A stretch of 63,640 nucleotides of DNA, filler included. It is 13 parts of 13 records of this genome, joined end to end, with 100 filler letters (N's around TTAATTAATTAA, not from the genome) between each part and the next. Parts side by side here need not be neighbours in the genome. Positions count along the whole stretch, not along the records: positions 1 to 4,308 come from SRR7504441_3142; positions 4,409 to 8,152 come from SRR7504441_3143; positions 8,253 to 13,794 come from SRR7504441_3145; 10 more parts are not named here. One strand, written 5' to 3'. The notes beneath the pieces are model-generated. The model was not told the DNA's origin, ran no database searches, and saw only the letters and a list, made by a program, of their open reading frames with translations. The position numbers and the translations under genes are program-made. Shown piece after piece: positions 1 to 10,548 of the stretch; position 1 is the stretch's first letter, and each line of letters opens with the position of its first letter.

Positions 1-3000
1 GCATCATTGTTATGTGGTTCATAAGGGGGACTGCGTCTTTTAAGCCAGTTGCATAGTCCAACCCTGCCTCATACATCACTGAGTCCACTTTTTCTCTTTC
101 TGCTTCCTGATAAGCGTCGAGTGCGTCTTTCAGCTGTATCACTATCTTTTCCATCTGCGCTGCCTCCTCCTCTTTTCCCTCTGCTCGCAGCTTCGCTGCT
201 GCAACTCTACTGTGTTCCAGTGCAGATACCACATCTAATATCCCTCCTACAACAAGTGCACGCTCCACATCTTTCACTACTTGATCCACCAATTGTGCAA
301 GATCCACGCATTCCTCTATCTGTAGGAAGCAGACAAGTTTTTGTGCAGCTGATAGCGACTCGCGCAAGAACTCATCAGCAGCATTCCATTTTGAAAAAGC
401 TTTAAGCTGCCGAGCTGTGATCTCCATGGTTGTCAGGCAATGATACAGCTCTGTCATACAGCTCTGTCAACCAGCAATCGCTTACACCATTGCACCTTTT
501 ACGGGCAGCGCAGAATCAGTGTGCCCATCTCCACTAAGTCTTTTATACAAAGCATGTACTCTTTGCCCTGCTTCGTGGGACCCCATCACCTGAAGCAAAT
601 CAAAAGGATACAAGAGGATGGCTTGCCTCTCTAGCCAACGAGTGCTCAATCTCCCACAGATCCTCTACTTCCTGCTCAGTGTAGTCTGTGGTGTTACCAT
701 TCAGGATCTGTTGGTGCACACCCACATGAGTGACAGAAGCCAAGCAGCAAACCTTGCTCATTATGAGGATAGCGCTATGCTTCTTTTTGAGATAGTGGCG
801 CTTCAGCTCTCTTTGCATTAGTTCATCGACCTCAATATTCACTGATTCGTCTCCACCATTGGCAATTACATATTCGATACATTTCTTTCCTGCCTGAGAC
901 GTAAAATCAATAATGAGTCACTGCTATCCAAATGATGCAGCTATTCAGCTGTCAGGTGTGCCTAACTGACCTTCACAAGCTTGGAAATCTGATGCCCTAG
1001 ATCCGAAGAACACAGCTTACTGAAGCATTTATCGACAGCTGTACCAGAACCAATAGGCTGACCTGAATGACAGTACTCGTAAATGCAATCGAACAGAGTT
1101 CTAGAGTGTTTGAATTAGTAAAGAAGAACAGTCTGTGGCCTATCACTCACTGTTGTGCTCTATAGTCTTCTCCAGAGTATCCAGCAATACAAGGGTCTGC
1201 ATTGTCGCGATCTGTTTCAAAAAGTCATGAGTTCTACACATCCATGGAGAATCCAGCTACCTCTTGTTCCAGTCCTACTGAGACAAGAAACATCTCATGT
1301 GATAAACGCTTCAACGTGATTTTCTTTGGGTCTTCTAACAGAGACATTGCAACGGCGTGCACCTGGCAGTAACAGCAGCGTGAGGCATTTCATTGCACCC
1401 TATAACAGAATCACAGATGCCCACTAGATCAGACATGGCAGGCCAGCCCTTTCCCACTGATTAATCCAGCATCCTCTCGAGCCAATCAGACACAGTCCCA
1501 TGATGCAGCCAGCCCACTGGTCTCGACACTGGCTGCCATTTTTACCCACCATCAAGCCAGCTGGCAAGCTCCCATTCATCCACCTGCCCCATTCTGTCCC
1601 CCCAGCGAACTCCCGCCCCCTTGAAACCGGCTCGGCCAACTCCCATCCTCTCCAAGCCTCTCCGCCAAGCCTGACCTCAGGAATGGCCAAAGGACACGGG
1701 AGATGCAGATAACAGGCAGAGTAGCGTATCCCCTCTAGCAGCTCTAATGCAGAGGCCACTAGCACCATCCCAGGTGGGCCCACTGGCCGCCACCTCCTGC
1801 TACCCAGCCTGCTAGACCCAGCAGTCACACAGCTCAGCGACGCAGGCTCGGAACAAGGCAACAGTGTGAGGGCAATAGTGCCACCAGCCACTGGATAACT
1901 TAGGACACAGCCTAGAACATGGGCAGCGGCCTTGTTACCATCACACAGGTACAGTGCGGATCTATTAGGGCTGGATCTAGGGGCACAGGCTGTTACAAGA
2001 TCTAGCCCCCAGGTTATCACCGCTACAATTTATAATTGTGTCAGTGACACGCACCACTGGCAACAAACTGTCAAAATCTTCTTCTGATGCACCATAAATA
2101 GCCGCACGTTCGAGAATATCCACTGCAGCCAGGACTGCTGGATCCTAGACACAATCCAGACACAGTTCAGTGGCAGGATATGTGATTTGCGAGAGGCTGT
2201 CGAAGCTGTTACTGGACAATAAGTCACCTCTTTGATAACGGGATCCAACATGATTGAAAGCTTCACTGAGTCCAGCCTTGTACTTATTTCGATCATGTAA
2301 ACCTGATTGGTACAGTCAAGAGGATATTAACTGCAGCAAGATTGTATTTGGAAATCCAGCTACTCAAATGAGTACGACTGGATCCACAAATGCAGCCTTA
2401 CTACATGGGCTAATGCGTGCGCAAGCACCGCTGTAGCCTTCCATAACGGAATTGGAGCGCATTCATGAGGAACTACAGGTCGAATTCCTTGAAGTTTTTT
2501 GATTACCTAAGGCCACTGTGTTGGAAATAGAATCTTATCGCGAAGACATGCCTGTTCCAAATGCGCTTTCATTCTTCCCTTTGTCTGCATGTGCGCCGCC
2601 TCGCAGACGGCAATAATGTTATCAATTGTGCACTGTGACAGAAAATTACATGCACAGATAGCTGCAAGAAATGCTTCAGCTTGCTCAACAGACTTGAGCA
2701 CGCAGCCCTGCCGCAAACACAGAAATAACGCCATGAGAATCAAGGCAGCCTGAGAGTGTAAACTGAAAAGCCAACTGCAGGTAAGCTAGCATATTTCACC
2801 TCCGCTGCTATGATGCTCCTAAAATCCGTCAGCATGATTTCCAAAGCCAATTCAGCCTGATATAACTCAATCCTGCGTGCAGCAGCGCGAGCCTGAGCGC
2901 CCCTCCGATCAACACACTGTGCAGTCTCTAGGCACGCTGACCCTGCTGATCAACTCTGCACTCGTGTCAGTATCTTGCTGCTGCACAGCTACACTCTTTT

Positions 3001-4308
3001 TGATCTTTGCATCCAGGTCATTCAATTGCGTTATGAGTTCTCCAGCAGCACTGCCAACCAAACCCACTTGAGTCCGAGCGTGGCTGAGGATAGTTCACAC
3101 ACCTGCTGCACAATACTACCTCGTCAAGAATCAGAAACACATCTTGAGTGATTGCTGCAACAGAGCTACTGCCCATCTTAACCTAACCTCAGCTGTCTGG
3201 CAAGCAGGCTGTTGGCGGCGGCACCTCCTCCGACTCAGAGGCCTGAAGCTCGAGCCCAGCCACTAATCCCATCAGCATATATGAATTCCACTGCCTTGCA
3301 CACCGTTCTGATTCAAGTAGGTGCCCAAGCAGACTCTCAGCAGCTCTCAACAGCGTGACCTGATAGGATTCAGGCCAGCACCCTGATCGCCCAATACCTC
3401 GACCTGCACCCTGGCTTGCGCTAGCCGCTGGTCTTCCTCTTCAAATTCCTTGTCCATTGCCTTCACATCGTCTATCCGAGAAACCTTGAGCGCATATCAG
3501 TTAGCCTAGATGTGCACGGGGACAGAACCAGGAGAGTGAACGACTTGACATCCTCCACAGCCTTGCCCTTGTCTATACGATCGCATACCTCCTTCCCATT
3601 CTCCGCCTTAGAGTGAGAGATCATCGCAACGTCTCGAGCTGCAAGCAAGGGCAGAATCAGTCCAGGCCAGCGCTACTACTCCCACCGCGCCACGCTTCTA
3701 GAGGCTCCAGCCCGGCGAGCGTGCTCTCCGCCCACTGCGGTGTGAGCCACTCCTGCCACCCCACTTAGGCTCCCGCTCGATCACCGGCGCTTACTGCACT
3801 GTTCTCGGCTGGGACGGTCTGAGCGGCCGCAAGCTCCCGAAGCCATCTGACCGAGGTTGCCAGCTCTGTCAGCCGCCTGGAATCAGGTGACAGCTCAGCG
3901 GACGGGCTCACCTCGAGGATCAGCCTCGATCACGGTCGTGCTGCCGTGGTCGTGCTCTGGGAGGTCCCCGGCCACCTCGGACCTCATCGTGTCCCATTTC
4001 TGCCGGGCATGGCGCAGGCTGTCGTCCGGCGAGGAGTCGGATGAAGCGCGGATGCAGATGAGGTTGCCCCATTGGCATGCCCTCACCACCAACCGCTTGT
4101 ACAAACCCCTGCGCATCGCCTGGGCCACTGCGGTGTTGGCCAACCCAGCCTCCGACCGAAGGAAGGCCTTCTTGATTTCCTGCCAGCCCGCCCGCTTAGG
4201 ACGGGTGCACCGCCCGGCCGACCTGGAGCTCCTCAGCGTCCATGGCCGGTTGGCTTTCTTTCACTACGGGTAGCTAGACCTATGTCAGCACCCGAGACGA
4301 TGCCTTGC
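1..4308 (-). pseudogene. Decayed coding-like sequence (pseudogene or relic of an unidentified element), CpG-depleted
   Basis: Minus-strand frames give protein-like stretches broken by many stops (e.g. KAGLSEAFNHVGSRYQRGDLL...CV*DPAVLAAVDILERAAIY; coiled-coil EQREKEEEAAQMEKIVIQLKDALDAYQE). No intact ORF and no recognisable RT, integrase or transposase motif. Confidence 0.4.
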
Positions 4309-4408
4309 NNNNNNNNNNNNNNNNNNNNNNNNNNNNNNNNNNNNNNNNNNNNTTAATTAATTAANNNNNNNNNNNNNNNNNNNNNNNNNNNNNNNNNNNN
4401 NNNNNNNN
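4309..4408. other. Artificial contig linker N44-TTAATTAATTAA-N44. Also at 8153-8252, 13795-13894, 17079-17178, 26017-26116, 36221-36320, 39550-39649, 43143-43242, 46621-46720, 50188-50287, 54060-54159, 57668-57767
   Basis: Identical 100-nt block with a six-frame stop linker occurs 12 times, and genes are truncated at it. Confidence 0.98.
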
Positions 4409-4556
4409 CGTCGAGGGTGTGTTAATTAGGCTGTTATACGAGTACGAGTAGCTGCAACTTCGAGCTGTCCGTCGGCTCGAAGCTAGGCGCCGTTAAAATC
4501 TGGCAACATCTTGACCAAGACGGTCGAGCGCACGCATGTGGTTGTCGTGAGCGGCG

Positions 4557-6212
4557 ATGGCCGATTACTATGGGTTCTCGGACAGTGATGCCGACGACCC
4601 CGACCCACCGGTGGCGCCCCTGCCGCTCCCTGCACCGCCAGTGGCCAGCACGGGCGACACGCTCACGGCCACCATGACCGGCCGCTGGATGGACCAACAG
4701 GTCGCCGCGACCGGGTACCCAAGCTCGGAGGCCGGGCACACGATCTTCGCGGCCGTGCACGATAACTACATTAAGATGGTGGAGGCCGAGCTGCGCGGAG
4801 GGGCTGCCCAGTTCGTCTCCGCCCGTGCACACAGGCCGCCCGGGGGGGTGCCGGTGCTGGACCAGGCGGTGGTGGCCACGGCCTGGCGGATGGCCGAGTT
4901 GCATGTGCCGGCGGGCGGGTACGAGCTGGTTAATCTCCGACGGGGCACGGCCCCAGCCTCGGACCGACCGCGCGCCGAGCCGCCGGCCGCGGTGCGGCTG
5001 GCGGCGGAGCGGGAGAGACGGCGGGAGGTGGAGCAGCGGGCGGCCCGGCAGAGGAGCCAGGCGGCGGCCGAGGCTGCCCAGAGGAGGCGAGAGTTGGCCA
5101 ATGCGCAGGAGGCGAGGACGAAGCAGGAAGAGAGGCGGCGGATTGCAGCGAATGAGGCGACGAGGCCGCGAGATGGGCCGCACAGCAATTCGTCTACCGA
5201 CCCGCTGGAGACCGCCGAGGCGGCACCATTAGAGCCGCTATCCGAGTCGGAGCGGGAGCGGGCCCAAGAGCAGTTTAGTGGAGCTCTGGATCTGGCCGCG
5301 ACAAACAAGCGCCCGGGGATGCTAACACAGTCAATCGGGACCAAGTTCGCGCTGGAATCGTGCCGCGTGCTAAACTGGAGCGGCGCCGACGCCCAGCTGG
5401 TGCCGGTTCTCACACCAGCCGACGGGAACTGCCTAGCGCACGCTGTGGCACTTGGCTTGTGGGGGTGCGCTGATACTGGGTCAGAGACTCGTGCAGCCCT
5501 GCGCCGGGTGCTTGGGACAGACAGCTGCCGGCGGGCTGTCGGGCCGGTCTGGATCGAGTACATGAACCGGCTCGAGCGGGAGGAGGCGGCGTGTCAGGAG
5601 AGAGAGCCGTGCAAGTATGAGCCGGCGGACTGGAGTAAGGAGATTGTCCGGCTGGAGCAGCTGGCGCGGGGTGGGAGCGGGCACCTGCCGAGCCTCGAAG
5701 ACGTGCACGTGTTCGTGCTCAGTCACATGCTCCGCCGGCCGATTCTGGTGCTGGGCGAGAGCGTAGTATATAGTGTGGCAGACGGTAGGCAGGCCGCCCG
5801 GGGCGGGGCTGAGCCCGGCGGTACAGGTCAGCCACTAGACATAAACAGGATGCGCGGGATATATCTTCCACACCGGTGGCCGGCAGTCAAGTGCCACAAA
5901 GTGCCTCTGGTGTTGGCGCACCACATGGGTCACTTTGAGGCTCTGGTGGCCTCCCCGCACACACTGCGGGTGCCGCAGCTGCCGCTGGTGGACTCGATGC
6001 TTGAACGGCTGCCGGTGCCGTTTCTATTGGACGAGCAAGTCGGGTCCGAGTTCTCTCTTCTGGACCGGTATCTGAACTGCGAGTACTCAGCCAACGGCTA
6101 CCTCACTTGCGCGTACTACGATGCGCTGCAACACGAGTTTGCAGCGGCTGGGCCGCCCAAGCTCCCGACCAATCCGTTCTTCCAACTGTCCGGCTCGCCC
6201 ATGTTTGGTTGA
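4557..6212 (+). CDS. OTU deubiquitinase of the A20/Cezanne/TRABID (peptidase C64) type
   Basis: 551-aa ORF with TPADGNCLAHA (catalytic Cys), LEDVHVFVLSHMLRRPILV, GIYLP and PLVLAHHMGHFEAL (catalytic His). Confidence 0.9.
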   Translation: MADYYGFSDSDADDPDPPVAPLPLPAPPVASTGDTLTATMTGRWMDQQVAATGYPSSEAGHTIFAAVHDNYIKMVEAELRGGAAQFVSARAHRPPGGVPVLDQAVVATAWRMAELHVPAGGYELVNLRRGTAPASDRPRAEPPAAVRLAAERERRREVEQRAARQRSQAAAEAAQRRRELANAQEARTKQEERRRIAANEATRPRDGPHSNSSTDPLETAEAAPLEPLSESERERAQEQFSGALDLAATNKRPGMLTQSIGTKFALESCRVLNWSGADAQLVPVLTPADGNCLAHAVALGLWGCADTGSETRAALRRVLGTDSCRRAVGPVWIEYMNRLEREEAACQEREPCKYEPADWSKEIVRLEQLARGGSGHLPSLEDVHVFVLSHMLRRPILVLGESVVYSVADGRQAARGGAEPGGTGQPLDINRMRGIYLPHRWPAVKCHKVPLVLAHHMGHFEALVASPHTLRVPQLPLVDSMLERLPVPFLLDEQVGSEFSLLDRYLNCEYSANGYLTCAYYDALQHEFAAAGPPKLPTNPFFQLSGSPMFG

Positions 6213-6462
6213 ATCGAAAGAGTGCCTGTTCTTTAGCATTGAAGTCATGAACTTGATGTACTATTTGGTACTAATTGCAAGTACGTCCGACCGTAGGCAC
6301 CGTACTAGTACCGTACAAGTCATGTAGTAAGCTGGTGAGGATCCCAAGTACATAACTTGTGAGACGTGACTGGATCTAGGTCTCGATGGCCATCTGCTCG
6401 TATATGCGTTTGTCTGTCTGCCGCCACACGGCACCGCGCCACCACCGGATAGTCGTTACTCA

Positions 6463-7855
6463 ATGCCGGGTCGGAGCCGCATCGGCTTTCTGTTGTTCGG
6501 ACTGGCTGTGGCCGCCCAGGAGCTGCCCGGTGCGACGTTTGGCACGGGACTGGCTGGAGTCCCCATCTGCGGCAGCTCCCGCACGCCGACGGTGGTGATC
6601 AATTACACCCTGCCGGCCGGGCACACCCGCGGGGCGCTGCACCACTTTTGGGTGACCGGCGCCCAGCTCAAGATCGACCGGATGTGGGTGGCCTACTACG
6701 TGGACGGCGAGGCCGAGCCGTCCATCGACTTCCAGCCCTCCATGGCCTGCGGGCTGGCCTTCCCTGACAGACTGGCCAAAGGGGACGAGTTCAGTGCCGG
6801 CGGCCTGTGTGGCAAGACCGCCCCCGTCGGCGGCTGGTGGCATACTTTCCCGGTGGGCACCGGCCTGGCCGCAGGGGTCAATCCGGTCCGCAGGTCCCGT
6901 TTTACAAGTCGGTGGCGGTGACAGTGCGAGCCGACCCGGTGGACGGCCCCGGCTGCTTTGGCGGGTACGTTAATGTGCGCGGCACCCCGGGGCTGCCGTT
7001 GGCGCTGCCCCAGTCGGGCATTCCGTTACCGACGGGCACCAAGCTGGTACTCCAGCAGAACCCTCTGGCGCTCAGGCAGCCGCTTGAGTTTGTCACTGTT
7101 GGCTCGCTGCCGGCCGGCCAGAAAGGAATTGTCTTCATGACCTCGTGGGCCGTGCAAGCCACACCCGCCGGCGGGCCGGTGCCTCTCACTCCCCCCAGGC
7201 GGTGACGTGGCCTGTGCAGGCCGCGGGTGGCGGCTACATCGAGGGCTGCTGGAACTTTATGAGGCAGGCAAACGAGAGTTACCCCGGGCTCGTGGTGGGC
7301 ACCGGTGTCGAGGACTATTTCGACTCTGGCTACTACTTTGGAGCTGACTCCGGCGCCCCGTTCGGCACGCCGTTTCACACGCAGCTCAACGGACTCACCC
7401 TGTTTGAGCGGGAAGGCGCAGTCGAGCGACTGAGTGCTTATCGGTTCCATACTGCAGATCCTTTGGTGATGGCTGACGGGGGCAAGCTCACATGGCGGGT
7501 GGGCGCCAAGGCCGATCGGGGGACTACCAAGTGCGGCAACCCGCTCCCGCAGCAGGAGGGCTTCCCTGGGCCGGCCCCGGCTGTGTACGGGGCGATGGAC
7601 TGGGCTGTGAACGCTTGCCGTGAATTCGATGATTCCTGCCCGACCGGACAAGGCTGCTGCAGGCTGAACGACAGCACCCAGCTGGGCATCTGCTGTGATA
7701 AGGGAAGCTGCCAGAGCCAGCCCAATCCGTTTGGGGGCAACGACTATCTGTGCACCAACTGGACCCAACAGGAGGCTGTCCCGCAGCTGGGCAGGGCGCT
7801 GTCACCTGTCAATGTAAGCACGTACTCTTGGATCTATGTGCTGCCACAGGCATAG
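6463..7855 (+). CDS. Secreted DUF2961/GH172-like protein, 3 exons
   Basis: Signal peptide; HHFWVTG, YVDGEAEPSI, FPVPF and GTGVEDYFDSGYYF motifs. Frames are joined by 41-nt GT-AG introns 6853-6893 and 7179-7219. Confidence 0.8.
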
Positions 7856-8252
7856 GGCAGTGCGAGCGCCATGTTGGACTGGGGTATGCTTGTACGGCCC
7901 GGCACGCAGCGTAGCAAGACCATTGGACATCGCGAGGTAACATTAGCGGCATTGCATGAAACATACGAAACGTGAAGTATCATCTACAATGAAGAATTTA
8001 TTGAACATTATTAGTAACGTGTATAGACGTGTACAAGCCCTTAACAAGCCCTAACTAAGTAGGTCTAACCTTCATGAATGGCGCACCAGGTAGGTCTGGC
8101 CGTCTTGCGTTGCAAACCGGACGCGCAGCCCGGACAGCGAGTGGGGAACAGANNNNNNNNNNNNNNNNNNNNNNNNNNNNNNNNNNNNNNNNNNNNTTAA
8201 TTAATTAANNNNNNNNNNNNNNNNNNNNNNNNNNNNNNNNNNNNNNNNNNNN

Positions 8253-8484
8253 GGGCGCCCCCTTGGCTGGGGCATGGTTTCGAGGAACGGCAGATTCGGC
8301 ACAGGAGCAAGCCGAAAGAGCGCGGCTGGTCGCGGGAAACGCCAGATTGGAGACCGAGCTTAGGGAAGCCCGGGCAGCGTTGGAGCATAGCGAGGCCGAG
8401 CGAGCCCGGCTGGAGTGCGAGCTAAGCGCCAAGGGCCTCGCGTCTCAGAACGAGGCCGCTAAGGACACCGGGGGCTGGTTTTAG
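8253..8484 (+). CDS. 3' fragment of a coiled-coil protein (5'-truncated by the contig end)
   Basis: Heptad-rich open frame (ARLETELREARAALEHSEAERARLE) ending in TAG before an AT-rich region. Confidence 0.5.
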
Positions 8485-8849
8485 AGTGCTTAATCAATAT
8501 GATTCTCCTCTCGAACGATTTATCAGTGATTGAACGCTCTCGGTGCCGGATATACTGTACGTATTCAAGCTTGCTTTGTTCGATCGGTCCGAGGACGCGC
8601 AAGGCTCGCTGTTCTATCCGCTCTCCCGGCACAGAACCGCGATATAGGCGCATTCACTACATTGTTCAATGCTTGAGTTATGATTAGGCTTCCGTGTGAA
8701 GCTCCAGGCAATAGCGCCTGGTTATTGTTCTGCGCACATATAGCAGCAGGGCCCGGCGGTCTATGTGACAGGCACACTGCTGCCCCCCCGTCACGGCGTT
8801 AATTGGTCGCGATGCGCTGTCGCCCACTGCGCCATTCGGCTCGGCGCAG

Positions 8850-9151
8850 GCTATAGATCTTTGCGGCTCTCTGCCCCACTGGGCGAGTCTAGAGCGGAGG
8901 CTGGGGCGAGCAGTTCAGATATAGCCGGCTGGTACTTGCGCCAGGTGAGCCAGATGAGCAGGCCCAGGTACACGAGCAGGCTGGCCATCCCGCCCACCAT
9001 CAGCAGCTGCCCGCGGTTCAGCCCAGGGCGCCGGCCGGCCCACCGATGCGGAGCGCCCGGTGGCGAATGGCGGGGCGTCGAAGCTCCAAACCTCGGTCTC
9101 GTTGATCACATCCTCGTCGTCCGGCACCAGGATCGCCGCGGTGTTGCTCAT
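8850..9151 (-). CDS. Small single-pass membrane protein, 2 exons
   Basis: ATG at 9151 (MSNTAAILVPDDEDVINETE). Removing a 37-nt GT-AG intron (9007-9043) gives LLMVGGMASLLVYLGLLIWLTWRK (TM) and a TAG near 8850. Confidence 0.55.
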
Positions 9152-9262
9152 CCCTCTCCCGCGCGCCCTCCCTGCGCGAGAGCCCAGCCGGAGAGCGCGC
9201 AGTGCTTGCCCCGGATCAACGGACTTTTGGCCACCCGCGGCAAGCTTCCGGCAAGCTCGGAG

Positions 9263-10360
9263 ATGCTCGCGGCTGTGCAGAAAGTCAAGGCGGCCTGGGG
9301 GCAGCACTGGGAGACGCTGCCGCCGGCCGAGCGGACCCGGCTGACCCGGCTCTGCCACGACAACGCCCCAGGCTGGCAGCCCCCTTCCCGCGACCCCGGT
9401 GTAGCCGCGGTCCTCCTGGAGCAGATCTGGCTGCAGTTAGCGAACCCGCCGATGCTGCCCGCCGCCGAGTTGCGCCGGCTGTTCGGGGCCAAGGCCGGGG
9501 AGCTGCCCGATCGGCCGGTCAGCTGCGCTGAGTGGGTGCGTTCGGTCCTGGCGGCGTCCGAGGGGGTACCGGCCACACAGTTCGAGCTAGACTGGCTCGG
9601 GCCCATGAGTCACAGCGCCGAGCGAGCGGCGCCCGCCCCGGCGGCGGTGCCGGCGGCGGTGCCGGCGGTGCCGGCGGAGGGGGGCTTGCTGGTGCTCATG
9701 AGGCATTCTGTCCGACTCGACGACAGCAGCGCAAGCCATGCGGACATCTCCCCAGAGTTGTGGCCAGACCGGGTGGCTCGGCCGTATGATAGCCCTATAG
9801 TCGAGTCCGAGCTGCCAGCCCAGGCAGCGGCCGAGCTCGGTAAATACGCGGTGGGTCGGGTGGTGAGCAGCCCGTTCCGGCGGTGCTTGCAGACCGCAGC
9901 AATCATGGCGCACGCACTCGGACTGAAGCAGGTGACTGTAGACAATAGGCTGGGCGAGCATGTGGCTGCGGCCATGCGGTGCTTCCAGCAGGCCGGGGTG
10001 CCGGCCGGGCGGATCGAGCTGCTCTCCCGGGAGCAGGCGGCGCAGGCTGTGGGCGAGGGGCTCGAAATGGTTTGGGAGCGTGACGCCGGCAGGTACCCTC
10101 CGCCACCGGGCGGACACGATGACGTGGAGGCCCGGCTGGCCGGTGCGGTGCAGGCCTGGGCGCCGGGGGAGGGCGAGCCGACCACGCTGCTGATGACGCA
10201 CGGGGATTTGATCAACATGTATCTGCCTGAGATTGAAGGGATTGGGATCGGAAGGTTTGCGGCCGAGTGTGCTGGTTTCGCTGTGATGAGGGGCCCATTC
10301 GGGGACCGGATACGAGATGACAACCAATTGGTGGAGCTGTACAGGGTCAACGCCATGTGA
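9263..10360 (+). CDS. Histidine phosphatase (phosphoglycerate mutase superfamily) with N-terminal extension
   Basis: LMRHSVR, SSPFRRCLQTA and MTHGD motifs. The start is placed at ATG 9263 because the upstream part of ORF 8765 is antisense to the small membrane gene. Confidence 0.85.
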   Translation: MLAAVQKVKAAWGQHWETLPPAERTRLTRLCHDNAPGWQPPSRDPGVAAVLLEQIWLQLANPPMLPAAELRRLFGAKAGELPDRPVSCAEWVRSVLAASEGVPATQFELDWLGPMSHSAERAAPAPAAVPAAVPAVPAEGGLLVLMRHSVRLDDSSASHADISPELWPDRVARPYDSPIVESELPAQAAAELGKYAVGRVVSSPFRRCLQTAAIMAHALGLKQVTVDNRLGEHVAAAMRCFQQAGVPAGRIELLSREQAAQAVGEGLEMVWERDAGRYPPPPGGHDDVEARLAGAVQAWAPGEGEPTTLLMTHGDLINMYLPEIEGIGIGRFAAECAGFAVMRGPFGDRIRDDNQLVELYRVNAM

Positions 10361-10548
10361 CACCGGCCGAGAATCATCTCGGTTGCAAACTAGACAGATT
10401 TCTTCACGCCAGCTGATGTATTGGTACGCGTATGATTGAGTATACTCGTAACTCAACTTGAATTACGATATATAGATCACGAATGCCGTTGCTATAGCGC
10501 TATAAAGCCAGAGTGCAGTTGCCAAAGACGCAATAATATTTTTTATTT

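Noticed and set aside
1-4308. Retrotransposon, Polinton or viral identity for the first contig
   Set aside because: I could not see RT (YxDD), RNase H, integrase, tyrosine recombinase, capsid, LTR or TIR signatures, so it is left as an unidentified relic.
8765-9262. N-terminal 166 aa of ORF 8765-10360
   Set aside because: GTG start, Arg/Pro/Ser-rich, and antisense to a plausible small membrane gene. ATG 9263 is preferred.
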